A DNA stretch of 64,000 nucleotides from Dehalococcoidia bacterium (GTDB lineage Bacteria; Chloroflexota; Dehalococcoidia; Lucifugimonadales; JAGWBF01), in NCBI GenBank assembly GCA_965224415.1, contig CBDCZB010000002.1, positions 266,450-330,449 on the forward strand, written 5' to 3'. Made by a program: the position numbers and the translations under genes. Below are positions 1 to 10,640 of this stretch, piece after piece. The notes under the pieces are model-generated. The model ran no database searches. It saw only the letters and a program-made list of their open reading frames with translations, and was not told where the DNA came from. Within the stretch, counting starts at the first letter, position 1; every line of letters begins with the position of its first letter.

Positions 1-1
1 C

Positions 2-283
2 GCCTCGCTGGGCGCCAACTCCATACGCCGGGCCATCAGTGAACGGGTTGGCGGCGGTGAACGGCAGTCTCGAGGGGTCGGGGTGGAAGCCGGCCACCGG
101 GAAGCCATACTGGACATCGACCTGAGGGTGATATACGGCTTCTCCATACCGGAAATCGTCATGAAAGTGCGGCAGAACGTGGCCCGTCGTGTGTTGGAGA
201 TGTGCGGGTTGGTGGCCAAGGAGATAAACATCAACGTCACCAGCATAGAGTTCACCGACAAACTCCCGACCAGAGTGGAATAG
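2..283 (+). CDS. Asp23/Gls24-family stress protein, 5' end cut by window edge
   Basis: Frame is open from nt 2 to TAG 281-283. ...AILDIDLRVIYGFSIPEIVMKVRQNVARRVLEMCGLVAKEININVTSIEF looks like the Asp23 core. It is followed by the two small membrane genes that usually accompany Asp23. Confidence 0.75.
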   Translation, partial: ASLGANSIRRAISERVGGGERQSRGVGVEAGHREAILDIDLRVIYGFSIPEIVMKVRQNVARRVLEMCGLVAKEININVTSIEFTDKLPTRVE

Positions 284-315
284 ACTATTCATTATGGCGA
301 TGAGGACCTCCGTTT

Positions 316-939
316 ATGGATAGGTTTAACCGAATTGCAGTGTCACTGGCGGCCTTATTCGCCATCGTTTCGGCCATCATCACGATTCTGGTCGCCGCCG
401 GAGCAATCAACTACTGGTTCTTGCCCGGCGGCTCCGACATAGAGTCTGAGTCCAACGCCTGGTTCGAGCCGCAGCTGAGGGGCTTGGCCGAGTTTCAGGG
501 CGGCGGAGAGGCGGCGGCGGTTGTCGTTCCCATTATTGTGATTGTGCTGATGGCGCTGTTGCTTGTCTTCCAGTACAAAGGCGGATCTGGCAGGGAAAAA
601 CGCGTGCTGCCCATCAGCGTCACCGACCTGGGCAGGCTGAACGTGGAAGCGGACAGCGTGAGACTTCTGGCGGAGCGCACCGGCGGCGGCAACCGGAACA
701 TTGTGGACTTGCGATGCCGATTGGCCGAGCGAAGGAGAAAGCCCCCCTCCGTGCCCGCCAGCATTGTCATAGCCTGCTATCCCCAGGTGGTGATGGGCGC
801 CGACATCCAAGAGATAAGGGACGACCTTCAGGCCAGAATTAAAGAAGTCGTGGAGAGGCTGACAGGACTGCAGGTGGAACGGGTCAACGTGTCCAGGGTC
901 AGATATGACCGGGGCCAAGAACGCCGCCTGATGGAATGA
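316..939 (+). CDS. AmaP-like membrane anchor protein of the Asp23 operon
   Basis: Two hydrophobic helices (IAVSLAALFAIVSAIITILVAAG; VVVPIIVIVLMALLLVF) and an Asp23-like C-terminal segment (IQEIRDDLQARIKEVVERLTGLQVERVNV). Sits directly after Asp23. Confidence 0.5.
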   Translation: MDRFNRIAVSLAALFAIVSAIITILVAAGAINYWFLPGGSDIESESNAWFEPQLRGLAEFQGGGEAAAVVVPIIVIVLMALLLVFQYKGGSGREKRVLPISVTDLGRLNVEADSVRLLAERTGGGNRNIVDLRCRLAERRRKPPSVPASIVIACYPQVVMGADIQEIRDDLQARIKEVVERLTGLQVERVNVSRVRYDRGQERRLME

Positions 940-969
940 CAACATGGACTCAAACGTGGACATGACGCT

Positions 970-1170
970 ATGAACGACCCCAAGTTTCTCTGGGCGGCGG
1001 TAGGTTTGGTGGTGGGCATCATCGGTGTGACCCTAGGTCCCCTGGAAGCCTTCATCGTCCTGGTATTCACGGTGATTGGCTGGGTCGTAGGCAAGTACGC
1101 CGCCGGGGAGTTGCCCGCCGTCGACCGCATCCTTGAGCGCTTCTTCTCCGATCGACTCCGCGGCCCCTAG
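970..1170 (+). CDS. small two-helix membrane protein, DUF2273-like
   Basis: 66 aa, FLWAAVGLVVGIIGVTLGPLEAFIVLVFTVIGWVVGKY. Third gene of the Asp23-type operon. Confidence 0.5.
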   Translation: MNDPKFLWAAVGLVVGIIGVTLGPLEAFIVLVFTVIGWVVGKYAAGELPAVDRILERFFSDRLRGP

Positions 1171-1237
1171 GCCTGTCGCGGTCCGCAGTCTATTGGCCGT
1201 GCCTTTGAATTTCGTATTTTGAGCTTGACTATACCCC

Positions 1238-1265
1238 TTGACAACCGGCGACAAACGGTTATAAT
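1238..1265 (+). promoter_or_regulatory. sigma-70-type promoter upstream of rpoB
   Basis: TTGACA (1238-1243), 16-nt spacer, TATAAT (1260-1265). About 135 nt upstream of the rpoB ATG. GGAGG RBS at about 1388. Confidence 0.5.
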
Positions 1266-1401
1266 CAAAGGTTGCAGTATGGCTCACACTACCAGGAGCC
1301 CCCACTTCGGACCCACGTCAACGACCCTAAGGAAACTCTGCCCGATTTTGCGCATCACGCCGGCGCCCAACGTCTAATCCCCTCCCGGAGGAAGCATACG
1401 C

Positions 1402-4400
1402 ATGACAGTAACTCTGTCTAACGGCCATTCCCTGGATACAACTCAGATCAAGAGCTATTCCAGAATATCCCAGATCGTCGACATACCCAACCTTATCCAG
1501 AGCCAGATACAGTCCTTCCGCTGGTTTAGGATTGAGGGTTTGGAGGAAGTTTACAAAGAGATTTCCCCTATACAGGACTACACGGGCAACAAGTACGAAC
1601 TCTCTTTTTTGAAGCACTCTTTCCATGACCCCAAGAACAAAAAGGACCCCAGATACGATGACTGCAAGGGCATAGAGAATCCCAATACCGGCTCTTGCTC
1701 AATGTGTACGAAGTACACACCCGAAGAGTGCAAGCAGAAGGAGATTACATTCGCCACTCCCCTCTACGTCAAGACCAAGCTTCTGATGAAGGAGACGGGG
1801 GAGATAAAAGAGCAGGACATCTTCATGGGCGACATGCCTATGATGACTGAGAACGCCACCTACATCGTAAACGGGGCCGAGCGGGTGGTGGTGAGCCAGC
1901 TGGTGAGGTCTCCCGGGGCCTACTTCGTGGTCGAGAAGGACATCGCCAGCGACCGGGAGTTTTGCTTCGCTAAGATAATCCCTTCCAGAGGAGCCTGGCT
2001 GGAGTTTGAGACCAGCTCTAAGAACGTGTTGTCGGTGAAGGTGGACCGAAAACGCAAGGTGTCGGCGGCCACGTTCCTGCGTGCCTTGGGCATCGCCACC
2101 GATGAGGAGCTGAGGGCGTTGTACGACGAGGTGGACACCCACGAGACCCACAGCTACATAGAGTCCACCCTCCAGCGAGACCCTCCCCAGGAAGAAAAGG
2201 AAATCAACTTCAAAGAAGACGACCTGAAGTCCCTGTGGGAGTGGCTCCGCCCGGACGACGAGTACAGCAAAGTCAAGGCCCGCCAAATCGCCAGCGCCCA
2301 AATCGAGTTCTACAGACGCCTGCGCCCGGGAGAACCTCCCAGCCTCGATAACGCCCGGACGCTGGTCCACGACCTTTTCTTCGAACCCAGACGGTATGAC
2401 CTGGGACGGGTAGGACGCTACAAACTCAACTCCAGGCTGAAACACGGCGAGGACGCCGCCACCAGGACGTTGACCCGGAAGGACCTGATTGCGGTGTTCC
2501 GCACCATGATAACCATCAACAACGGCGAAGGCGCGGTGGACGACATAGACCACCTGGGCAACCGCCGGGTCAGGGCCGTCGGAGAGCTTGTGCAAAACCA
2601 GATGCGCGTCGGACTGCTCCGCATGGAAAGAATGGTGCGGGAGCGCATGACCTTGATAGACCCCGAGCAGGCGACGCCCCAGGCCCTGGTCAACATCAGA
2701 CCTGTGGTGGCAGCGGTGAGGGAGTTCTTCGGAGGTTCCCAGCTGTCCCAGTTCATGGACCAGACCAACCCTCTGGCCGAGCTCACCCACAAACGGCGCC
2801 TTTCGGCGTTGGGGCCAGGAGGGCTTTCCCGAGAGCGGGCCGGGTTTGACGTTAGGGACGTCCACTTCTCCCACTACGGACGAATATGTCCCATCGAGAC
2901 TCCTGAAGGGCCCAACATCGGCCTGCTCAGCTCACTGGCCACCTACGCTCGAATCAATCCCTTGGGATTCATCGAGTCTCCTTACCGGAGAGTGCTCCGA
3001 GAGGTGCCCAACACCGACCCGGACATCGAGGGCCGCACCATCACCGAGACGTTGGTTAGTCCCGACGGACACACCATCCTAACGGCAGGTCACGCCGTGG
3101 GAAGAAACAGGCTGAAGCAGGTAGCCGCCCTGGCCCCGCAACAGGTTAAGGTCAAGCCCTTCGTTTCCCGCAAGGAAGGGGACGTGGTCTACCTATCTGC
3201 AGACCAGGAAGAGCAGTACGTCATAGCCCAGGCCAACGTTATCCTGGATGGGAAGACCCAGTTCACATCGGACCGCGTGGAAGTGCGAATCGGAGAGAAA
3301 TACTCGGAAGAGCCGCCTGACTCCGTGGAATACATGGACGTTTCGCCCATGCAAATCACCAGCGTCTCCGCGTCTCTGATACCGTTCTTAGAACACGACG
3401 ACGCCAACAGGGCCCTTATGGGTTCCAACATGCAGCGTCAGTCGGTGCCCTTGCTTAGGCCCCAGGCGCCGCTGGTGGGCACGGGAATCGAGGGTCGTGT
3501 CGCACGGGACAGCGGGCAGGTGATCCTGTCCAAGGCAAAAGGCACCGTTACGTCGGTGGACGGTCACAACATCTCCGTTAGAGATGAGCAAGGCGTAGAG
3601 CACGGCCACATGCTCACTAAGTTCTCCCGGACTAACCAGGGGACCTGTTTCAACCAGCGCCCCATAGTTGAGAAGGGAACCTCAGTTGATGCCGGAGCTG
3701 TCCTGGCGGACAGTTCTTCCACAGACCGAGGCGAACTGGCGCTGGGCCAAAACGTGTTGGTCGCTTTCATGAGTTGGGAAGGCTACAACTACGAGGACGC
3801 CATCATCATCAGTGAGAGCCTCGTGAAGGACGACTACTTCACGTCGGTCCACATCGAAAAGTACGAAATGGAGGGCAGAGAGACGAAACTCGGCCCTGAA
3901 GAAATCACCAGGGACATCCCGAACGTGGGCGAAGAAAGCCTTAGAGACTTGGACGAGCGGGGCATCATCCGTGTAGGAGCCGACGTCGGCCCCGGAGACG
4001 TGCTGGTGGGCAAGGTCACTCCCAAGGGCGAGACAGAGCTGACTGCGGAAGAGAAGCTGCTGCGCGCCATATTCGGCGAGAAGTCCAGAGACGTTAAGGA
4101 CACGTCCCTCCGCGTGCCCCACGGTGAACGGGGCAAGATCATCGACGTCAAGGTGCTGGACCGCAAGAACAAAGACGAGTTGCCCCCCGGTGTCAACGAG
4201 GCTGTCCGAGTCTGGGTCGCCCAGACCCGTAAGATTTCCATCGGAGACAAGATGGCCGGACGGCACGGGAACAAAGGGGTAATAGCCAGAATCCTTCCTG
4301 TAGAGGACATGCCCTACCTGGAGGATGGAACTCCGGTGGACATCATACTCAACCCGCTGGGGGTTCCCTCACGAATGAACCTAGGCCAAGTGCTTGAAAC

Positions 4401-5430
4401 CCACTTGGGTTGGGCCGCCAGACACCTGAACTTCCGGGCCACCACTCCTGTGTTTGACGGAGCTAAGGACGTCTCCATAGAGGACGCCCTGGCCAGAGTG
4501 TGGTTCGCCCAACAAGCCGGAGCGGTAGATTCCTCAATGGGCTTGGACTCCTGGGACCTGAACATGGACCGGGTGCATGACTGGCTGTCTGACAGAGGAT
4601 TCGAATCCGACGTACTGTACGATGACTCCGTGCAAGGAGAGGCCACCTCGGCATCCCTCAAGATATGGCTCGAAGAGACGGCTGGGGTCGACGCCTCCGA
4701 CATGGACGTCGCCCGGATGAAAGAAGAGACCATGCGAATCCACAGGGAGACCAATATGGCCCCTCCCACATTCGGCAAAGCTCCCCTGTACGATGGGCGT
4801 ACGGGCCAAAAGTTTGACCAGCCGGTCGCGGTTGGGTTCATATACATGCTCAAGCTCATACACCTCGTAGAGGACAAAATACACGCCAGGTCCACCGGTC
4901 CCTACTCCCTCATTACGCAGCAGCCGCTGGGAGGGAAAGCCCAGTTCGGCGGCCAGAGATTCGGAGAAATGGAGGTGTGGGCCCTGGAAGCCTACGGGGC
5001 CGCTCACAACCTCCAGGAAGTGCTGACAGTTAAGTCGGACGACGTAGCCGGACGGGTGAAGACCTACGAGGCAATAGTCAAAGGCGAGGACATCGTCCAG
5101 CCGGGGGTTCCCGAGTCGTTCAACGTGCTCCTTAAGGAACTGCAGAGCCTGTCCTTGTCGGTGGAGTTGTTGAACGAGGAGGAAAGGGTTGACACTTCCA
5201 TAGAGATGGAAGAGGAATTGGACCCTGACGAGTTGCTGGCCCAAACTTTGGCCGAGAGCCTGACCGAAGGGCTGGCCGAGACCGTTGACGACAAAGCGGA
5301 TGATGACGACGACGACTTGGATGAGGACGAGGAGGAAGACGACGAATCAGAGGTAGCCGAGGAAAAAGACGACAAGGCGGAAACAACGTCTGAAGGTGCA
5401 CAGAGCATTCAACAGCCGGACGCGGAGTAA
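1402..5430 (+). CDS. rpoB: DNA-directed RNA polymerase beta subunit
   Basis: 1342 aa with conserved RpoB blocks ([98 protein letters not shown]). Has lineage-specific insertions and an acidic tail. Confidence 0.98.
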   Translation: MTVTLSNGHSLDTTQIKSYSRISQIVDIPNLIQSQIQSFRWFRIEGLEEVYKEISPIQDYTGNKYELSFLKHSFHDPKNKKDPRYDDCKGIENPNTGSCSMCTKYTPEECKQKEITFATPLYVKTKLLMKETGEIKEQDIFMGDMPMMTENATYIVNGAERVVVSQLVRSPGAYFVVEKDIASDREFCFAKIIPSRGAWLEFETSSKNVLSVKVDRKRKVSAATFLRALGIATDEELRALYDEVDTHETHSYIESTLQRDPPQEEKEINFKEDDLKSLWEWLRPDDEYSKVKARQIASAQIEFYRRLRPGEPPSLDNARTLVHDLFFEPRRYDLGRVGRYKLNSRLKHGEDAATRTLTRKDLIAVFRTMITINNGEGAVDDIDHLGNRRVRAVGELVQNQMRVGLLRMERMVRERMTLIDPEQATPQALVNIRPVVAAVREFFGGSQLSQFMDQTNPLAELTHKRRLSALGPGGLSRERAGFDVRDVHFSHYGRICPIETPEGPNIGLLSSLATYARINPLGFIESPYRRVLREVPNTDPDIEGRTITETLVSPDGHTILTAGHAVGRNRLKQVAALAPQQVKVKPFVSRKEGDVVYLSADQEEQYVIAQANVILDGKTQFTSDRVEVRIGEKYSEEPPDSVEYMDVSPMQITSVSASLIPFLEHDDANRALMGSNMQRQSVPLLRPQAPLVGTGIEGRVARDSGQVILSKAKGTVTSVDGHNISVRDEQGVEHGHMLTKFSRTNQGTCFNQRPIVEKGTSVDAGAVLADSSSTDRGELALGQNVLVAFMSWEGYNYEDAIIISESLVKDDYFTSVHIEKYEMEGRETKLGPEEITRDIPNVGEESLRDLDERGIIRVGADVGPGDVLVGKVTPKGETELTAEEKLLRAIFGEKSRDVKDTSLRVPHGERGKIIDVKVLDRKNKDELPPGVNEAVRVWVAQTRKISIGDKMAGRHGNKGVIARILPVEDMPYLEDGTPVDIILNPLGVPSRMNLGQVLETHLGWAARHLNFRATTPVFDGAKDVSIEDALARVWFAQQAGAVDSSMGLDSWDLNMDRVHDWLSDRGFESDVLYDDSVQGEATSASLKIWLEETAGVDASDMDVARMKEETMRIHRETNMAPPTFGKAPLYDGRTGQKFDQPVAVGFIYMLKLIHLVEDKIHARSTGPYSLITQQPLGGKAQFGGQRFGEMEVWALEAYGAAHNLQEVLTVKSDDVAGRVKTYEAIVKGEDIVQPGVPESFNVLLKELQSLSLSVELLNEEERVDTSIEMEEELDPDELLAQTLAESLTEGLAETVDDKADDDDDDLDEDEEEDDESEVAEEKDDKAETTSEGAQSIQQPDAE

Positions 5431-5436
5431 GAAAGC

Positions 5437-8400
5437 ATGATGACAGACAGGGTGGAAACACAATCCACCAGTTTCAACGCAATTCGAATCTCGATCGCCT
5501 CCCCGGACCAGATCAAGAGTTGGTCCCATGGAGAGGTCACAAAGCCCGAGACCATCAATTACCGCACGCTGAGGCCCGAGAAGGACGGCCTGTTTTGTGA
5601 GCGCATCTTCGGCCCAACCAAAGACTGGGAATGCTTCTGCGGCAAGTACAAGAGAATCCGGTACAGGGGTGTTGTTTGTGACCGATGCGGCGTGGAAGTC
5701 ACCAGGTCCAAGGTGAGGCGAGAGCGTATGGGAAACATCAACCTGGCTTCCCCGGTCGCCCACATCTGGTTCAGCAAAGGGACTCCCAGCAGGCTGGGGT
5801 TGCTGTTGGACCTGTCGCCCAGGAACCTGGAACGAGTGCTCTACTTTGCCCAGCACATCGTCGTGTCCGTGGACGACGACGCCAGGAAGCTGGCCATAGA
5901 AGACAAGCAGCGGACCTACGAGCTGGAAGTGGAAAAGAGGAACCAGGCCCTGGAAATTGTGGTTGCCGACCTGGAGCAGAAGTTCCAGGAAGCCACGGCC
6001 AACGCTTCCGAGGAAGAGGTCGAGGTCCAGGCGGATCGACCGGCCGTCGACGTTGAAATTGAAGCCGCCCGCCAGAAGGTCAGCGAGGAGTTGAACAAGC
6101 TGCGGGACGAGACGGAAACCCGCATCGACGAGCTGGAAGACCTGCGGGTCGGCAAGCTGATAGCCGAGAGCCGTTACCGTGAACTCAGGGAACACACAGG
6201 AAACGTCTTCCGCGCCATGATGGGCGCGGAAGGCATTATGGAGATATTGAAGCTGACGGACCTGGAGGCGCTCCGGGAACACCTGCTCCAAGAGATGCGT
6301 TCCACCTCCGGACAGAGGCGGAAGAAGGCCATCAAGCGCCTACGGGTAGTGGAAGCCTTCCGCAAAAGCGGGAACAAGCCGGAATGGATGATAATGACCG
6401 TTCTGCCGGTGCTTCCCCCCGACCTCAGGCCCATGGTGCAGCTGGACGGCGGCAGGTTCGCCACCAGCGACCTGAACGACCTGTACAGGCGAGTCATCAA
6501 CCGGAACAACCGGCTCCGCAGGCTGCTAGACTTGGGCGCGCCAGAGATCATCGTCCGGAATGAGAAGCGTATGCTCCAGGAGGCCGTCGACGCCCTCATA
6601 GACAACGGCCGCCGGGGCAGGCCCATCCAGGGCAGCCACAACCACAAGCTCAAGTCCCTGTCCGACCTGCTGCGGGGCAAACAAGGCCGGTTCCGGCAGA
6701 ACCTGCTGGGCAAGCGGGTCGACTACAGCGGCCGGTCCGTCATCGTAGTCGGGGCCGAGTTGGCCCTGCACCAGTGCGGACTGCCCAAGAGAATGGCCCT
6801 GGAACTGTTCAAGCCCTTCGTGATGCACCGGCTCGTGGTGCTGGGCATCTCGCCCAACATAAAGAGCGCCAAGCGGATGGTGGAGCGTGCCAGGCCAGAG
6901 GTCTGGGACATTCTGGAAGACGTCATCAAGGAGCGGCCGGTGTTGCTGAACCGGGCTCCTACGCTGCACAGGCTGGGCATACAGGCCTTCATGCCGGTGC
7001 TTATCGAGGGAAGCGCCATTCAGATTCACCCGCTGGTCTGCTCGGCCTTCAACGCCGACTTCGACGGGGACCAGATGGCCGTCCACGTACCCTTGTCAGC
7101 AATGGCGGTGGCGGAAGCCAAGGAGACTATGCTCAGCATCCACAACATGCTTTCGCCAGCTTCTGGAGAACCTCTGGTCGCTCCCACCCTGGACATGGTG
7201 CTGGGATGCTACTACCTGACCGACGAAGCTCCCAAAGCCGCCGGCGCCGGCAAGGTGTTCGTGGACTACGAAGAGGCGCGAATGGCCTTCGAGGCGGAGC
7301 AACTGGACCTGCGCGCGCCGATCCGCATTCGGGATGCGGAGGCTGACGGAGGATGGCGGGACACCACTCTGGGCAGGATGATATTCAACGAGGTTCTGCC
7401 TCCTGAGATTGGGTTCAAGAACCAGCTTATGGACAAGGGCGCCCTCAAGGACCTGACTGCGGAATGCTACCGCCAGCTGGGGAACCAGGAAGCGGCCAAG
7501 GTGCTGGACAGCGTCAAGTCCCTGGGCTTCCATTACGCCACCACGTCCGGCCTTACCATAGCCATCAACGACATTCAGGTTTCCCCGAAGAAGGGCGAGA
7601 TCATCCGGCACGCCAACCAGCAGGTCGAAGTGTATGAAGACCAATACATGCAGGGGCTGGTGACGGAAGAGGAGCGGTACAGCCGTACGGTGGACACCTG
7701 GACCAAAGCCTCCGACGAAATGGAGGAAATCGTCAAGGAGGACTTGTCCAACTACGGCGGCGTCGCTCTGATGGCCGTCTCAGGCGCCAAGGGAAACATC
7801 GCGCAGATTAAGCAGATGGCTGGCATGAGGGGACTCATGAGCGACCCCAAGGGCCGCATCATCGACCTGCCCATCAAGTCGAGCTTCCGAGAAGGGCTGA
7901 CCGCCCTGGAATACTTCATATCCACCCACGGAGCGCGGAAAGGGCTGGCCGACACCGCGCTGAGGACCGCCGACAGCGGATATCTGACCCGTAGGCTTAT
8001 CGACGTCTCCCAAGAGGTCATCATCCTGGAGGAGGACTGCGAGACCACCGAGGGCATCTTGCTCCGGTCGCGAAACGAAGACCCACTGCAGTCTCCCCTG
8101 GAAGAGAGCCTGCTGGGGCGCAAAGCCGCGGGACCCATCGCCAATCCCACCACCGGCGAGATAATAGTCGAGAGCAACGAAGAAATCACCGAGGAACTCA
8201 TCAGTCAGATGATGGAAGCAGGCATGACCGAGGCTTATGTTAGGTCGCCCTTGGCCTGCGACGCGCACCGAGGAATATGCCAGGAGTGTTACGGCCGCAT
8301 CCCCGCCACGGGAAAGGTGGTAGACCTAAACAGCGCTGTGGGCATCATCGCCGCCCAGAGCATTGGCGAGCCGGGAACGCAGCTGACCATGAGGACTTTC

Positions 8401-9534
8401 CACACCGGCGGTGTGGCCGGCTTGGACATAACATCCGGTCTACCCAGGGTTGAGGAATTGTTTGAAGCTCGGATTCCCAAGGGGTACGCCGTGCTCTCAG
8501 ACATAGACGGCATCATCGCCATACAGTCCGACGCGGAAGGCCGGCGCATCAAGGTGATTAGCACCGAGGAGTATCGAGAGGACTACTCGCTGGCGGAAGG
8601 CTACGAACTGCTGGTGAGAGCGGGGGACTTCGTGGACGCCGGCGCCTCCCTTGCCCGGTCCCTCCCCGCTCCGGGCAGCGAAAACGGCGACGCCACAGAG
8701 GCGGCCGCAGAGATTCTGGCCGGCATGAGCGGGAAAATCGAGCTGGACGACAAGACCCTCTCCATAGTGTGGGAAGACATAGAAGAGAGGGAGTACATCG
8801 TACCGGCTTCCGCCCACGTTTTGGTCGAAGACGGCGCCAGCATCAAGGCGGGAGACGCTTTGACAGCCGGGCCGCTCAACCCGCACGACATGCTTAGAAT
8901 CAGGGGCAAGGACGAGCTCCAACGCTACCTGATTGGCGAAGTGCAGAAAGTGTACCGCTCCCAGGGCGTCACCATACACGACAAGCACATCGAGGTGATC
9001 CTTCGCCAGATGCTCCGCCGCGTGCAGGTGGACACCACTGGCGACGCGGAGTTCATACCCGGCCAAATCGTCGACCAGTTCGAGTTCCAAGGCAAGAACG
9101 CCAAAGTTTTGGCCGAGGGAGGGGAGCCCGCCACCGCGAAGCCGGTGCTTCTGGGAGTCACCCGCGCGTCGCTGCTGACCGACAGCTTCCTCGCCGCCGC
9201 ATCCTTCCAAGAGACCACCAGAGTGCTTACTGAGGCCGCCACCACCAGCGCACGGGACCGGCTTCTAGGTCTGAAGGAGAACGTTATCATCGGGCGCCTC
9301 ATCCCCGCGCGCTCCAACGTGAAGCTGCCGGAAATCGTGGAGCGACCGAGCGTCTCGCAGCTGTTCGAACGAATGGAGAGCGAAAGGCTTCCCGCTTCCT
9401 GGCTGGAAAGGTCCCTGGACGGCGCCATAGACGGCACAGACACCAACGGCCATGACAGTGGCCAGAACGGTGTAGACGCCGCCGCCATCCTTGAGACTGC
9501 AATGGAGGCTGCGGAGGAGCCGGCCGCGGAATAA
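5437..9534 (+). CDS. rpoC: DNA-directed RNA polymerase beta' subunit
   Basis: 1365 aa. Zn motif [23 protein letters not shown], catalytic NADFDGDQM, and the second Zn site [13 protein letters not shown]. Starts 6 nt after the rpoB stop. A coiled-coil insertion follows about residue 150. Confidence 0.98.
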   Translation: MMTDRVETQSTSFNAIRISIASPDQIKSWSHGEVTKPETINYRTLRPEKDGLFCERIFGPTKDWECFCGKYKRIRYRGVVCDRCGVEVTRSKVRRERMGNINLASPVAHIWFSKGTPSRLGLLLDLSPRNLERVLYFAQHIVVSVDDDARKLAIEDKQRTYELEVEKRNQALEIVVADLEQKFQEATANASEEEVEVQADRPAVDVEIEAARQKVSEELNKLRDETETRIDELEDLRVGKLIAESRYRELREHTGNVFRAMMGAEGIMEILKLTDLEALREHLLQEMRSTSGQRRKKAIKRLRVVEAFRKSGNKPEWMIMTVLPVLPPDLRPMVQLDGGRFATSDLNDLYRRVINRNNRLRRLLDLGAPEIIVRNEKRMLQEAVDALIDNGRRGRPIQGSHNHKLKSLSDLLRGKQGRFRQNLLGKRVDYSGRSVIVVGAELALHQCGLPKRMALELFKPFVMHRLVVLGISPNIKSAKRMVERARPEVWDILEDVIKERPVLLNRAPTLHRLGIQAFMPVLIEGSAIQIHPLVCSAFNADFDGDQMAVHVPLSAMAVAEAKETMLSIHNMLSPASGEPLVAPTLDMVLGCYYLTDEAPKAAGAGKVFVDYEEARMAFEAEQLDLRAPIRIRDAEADGGWRDTTLGRMIFNEVLPPEIGFKNQLMDKGALKDLTAECYRQLGNQEAAKVLDSVKSLGFHYATTSGLTIAINDIQVSPKKGEIIRHANQQVEVYEDQYMQGLVTEEERYSRTVDTWTKASDEMEEIVKEDLSNYGGVALMAVSGAKGNIAQIKQMAGMRGLMSDPKGRIIDLPIKSSFREGLTALEYFISTHGARKGLADTALRTADSGYLTRRLIDVSQEVIILEEDCETTEGILLRSRNEDPLQSPLEESLLGRKAAGPIANPTTGEIIVESNEEITEELISQMMEAGMTEAYVRSPLACDAHRGICQECYGRIPATGKVVDLNSAVGIIAAQSIGEPGTQLTMRTFHTGGVAGLDITSGLPRVEELFEARIPKGYAVLSDIDGIIAIQSDAEGRRIKVISTEEYREDYSLAEGYELLVRAGDFVDAGASLARSLPAPGSENGDATEAAAEILAGMSGKIELDDKTLSIVWEDIEEREYIVPASAHVLVEDGASIKAGDALTAGPLNPHDMLRIRGKDELQRYLIGEVQKVYRSQGVTIHDKHIEVILRQMLRRVQVDTTGDAEFIPGQIVDQFEFQGKNAKVLAEGGEPATAKPVLLGVTRASLLTDSFLAAASFQETTRVLTEAATTSARDRLLGLKENVIIGRLIPARSNVKLPEIVERPSVSQLFERMESERLPASWLERSLDGAIDGTDTNGHDSGQNGVDAAAILETAMEAAEEPAAE

Positions 9535-9551
9535 CCGAGTCGGGGGAGGAT

Positions 9552-10538
9552 TTGACAGCCGCCGAGCTTTCAGTAGAGATAGCTCCGAAGCATCCGGTGG
9601 GTCTGCACATTCCCAACCCGGTGATGATAGCGTCGGGGACGTTTGGATACGACGGATACGGAAGGGGCCTGGTTGACCAGGCCCCTTTGCCTTCCCACTT
9701 AGACTTTCAACGCTTGGGCGCCGTCGTAGCGAAAACGGTGACCATGAAACCCCGGACGGGCAACCCTGAGCCCCGCTGGTGGCCGACCTCCTACCGCACA
9801 GCCCTAGAACAAGGCGAGGTGGTCTTCCTCAATTCCGTAGGACTCACCAACCCGGGCATCCACGCCGCCCTGGAGGTAATGGCTCCTGTATGGGCCGGCT
9901 GGCAAACGCCGGTGATTTTCAGCCTGGCCGGAGAGTCGGTCCACGAGTTTGGAGTCATGGCAGCCATGGCCGACGGCATCGCAGGCATTGCCGCCATAGA
10001 GTTGAACCTGTCCTGCCCCAACGTGGACAACGGCGCCCACTTCTCCCATTCTGCCGAGTTGGCCGGGGCCACCGTAGCGAGGGTAAAAGACTCGACCGGC
10101 ATGCCAGTGCTGGCCAAACTCAGCCCCAACGTGCCTGACATATCACCGATTGCCGAGGCCGTGGCTGACGCCGGAGCCGACGCCGTCGTCCTGACCAACA
10201 CCATTCCGGCGATGACAATAGACGTGGAATCCAAGCGGCCCATTCTCGGAGGCGTCACAGGCGGGCTTTCCGGTCCTGCCCTGCGCCCCGTCGCAGTGGC
10301 GTTGGTGTATCGAGCGTCCCAAGCAGTGGACATCCCCATCATCGGGGTGGGCGGAATTTTCACCGCCCGAGACGCTCTGGAGTTCATCGTGGCAGGGGCG
10401 ACTGCGGTCCAAGTCGGCAGCGCAAATCTGGCCGGGCTGCACCATCCGATGTCCATTCTGGACGACCTAGAGTCCTACCTCGAAAATGGGGATATCGCCT
10501 GTATCGGACAGCTTATAGGCTCGTCCCTACGGCACTAG
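9552..10538 (+). CDS. pyrD: dihydroorotate dehydrogenase catalytic subunit (class 1-like)
   Basis: TTG start. NPVMIASGTFGYDG, VVAKTVTMKPRTGNPEPR, LNSVGLTNPG, ELNLSCPN, GGLSGPALRPVA. No pyrK next to it. Confidence 0.85.
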   Translation: MTAAELSVEIAPKHPVGLHIPNPVMIASGTFGYDGYGRGLVDQAPLPSHLDFQRLGAVVAKTVTMKPRTGNPEPRWWPTSYRTALEQGEVVFLNSVGLTNPGIHAALEVMAPVWAGWQTPVIFSLAGESVHEFGVMAAMADGIAGIAAIELNLSCPNVDNGAHFSHSAELAGATVARVKDSTGMPVLAKLSPNVPDISPIAEAVADAGADAVVLTNTIPAMTIDVESKRPILGGVTGGLSGPALRPVAVALVYRASQAVDIPIIGVGGIFTARDALEFIVAGATAVQVGSANLAGLHHPMSILDDLESYLENGDIACIGQLIGSSLRH

Positions 10539-10577
10539 ACTCGACGCACGTCTGTCAGGACGGAGCTGACGTTCCGA

Positions 10578-10606
10578 TTGACGTAATATGATGAAACGGG
10601 TAGCAT
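10578..10606 (+). promoter_or_regulatory. candidate promoter for the Fe-S protein gene
   Basis: TTGACG, 17-nt spacer, TAGCAT. 35 nt upstream of ATG 10641; AAGGAGG RBS. Confidence 0.3.
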
Positions 10607-10640
10607 AGGAACATCGGCGCGTCGCCGTAAGGAGGAAACC

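Noticed and set aside
1699-2874. 391-aa ORF antisense to rpoB, plus many other long antisense or off-frame ORFs inside rpoB/rpoC (for example 5347-6291, 6526-7086, 8497-9210)
   Set aside because: These are typical high-GC shadow ORFs. They have Arg/Gly/Pro/His-rich nonsense composition and lie entirely inside unambiguous rpoB/rpoC coding sequence.
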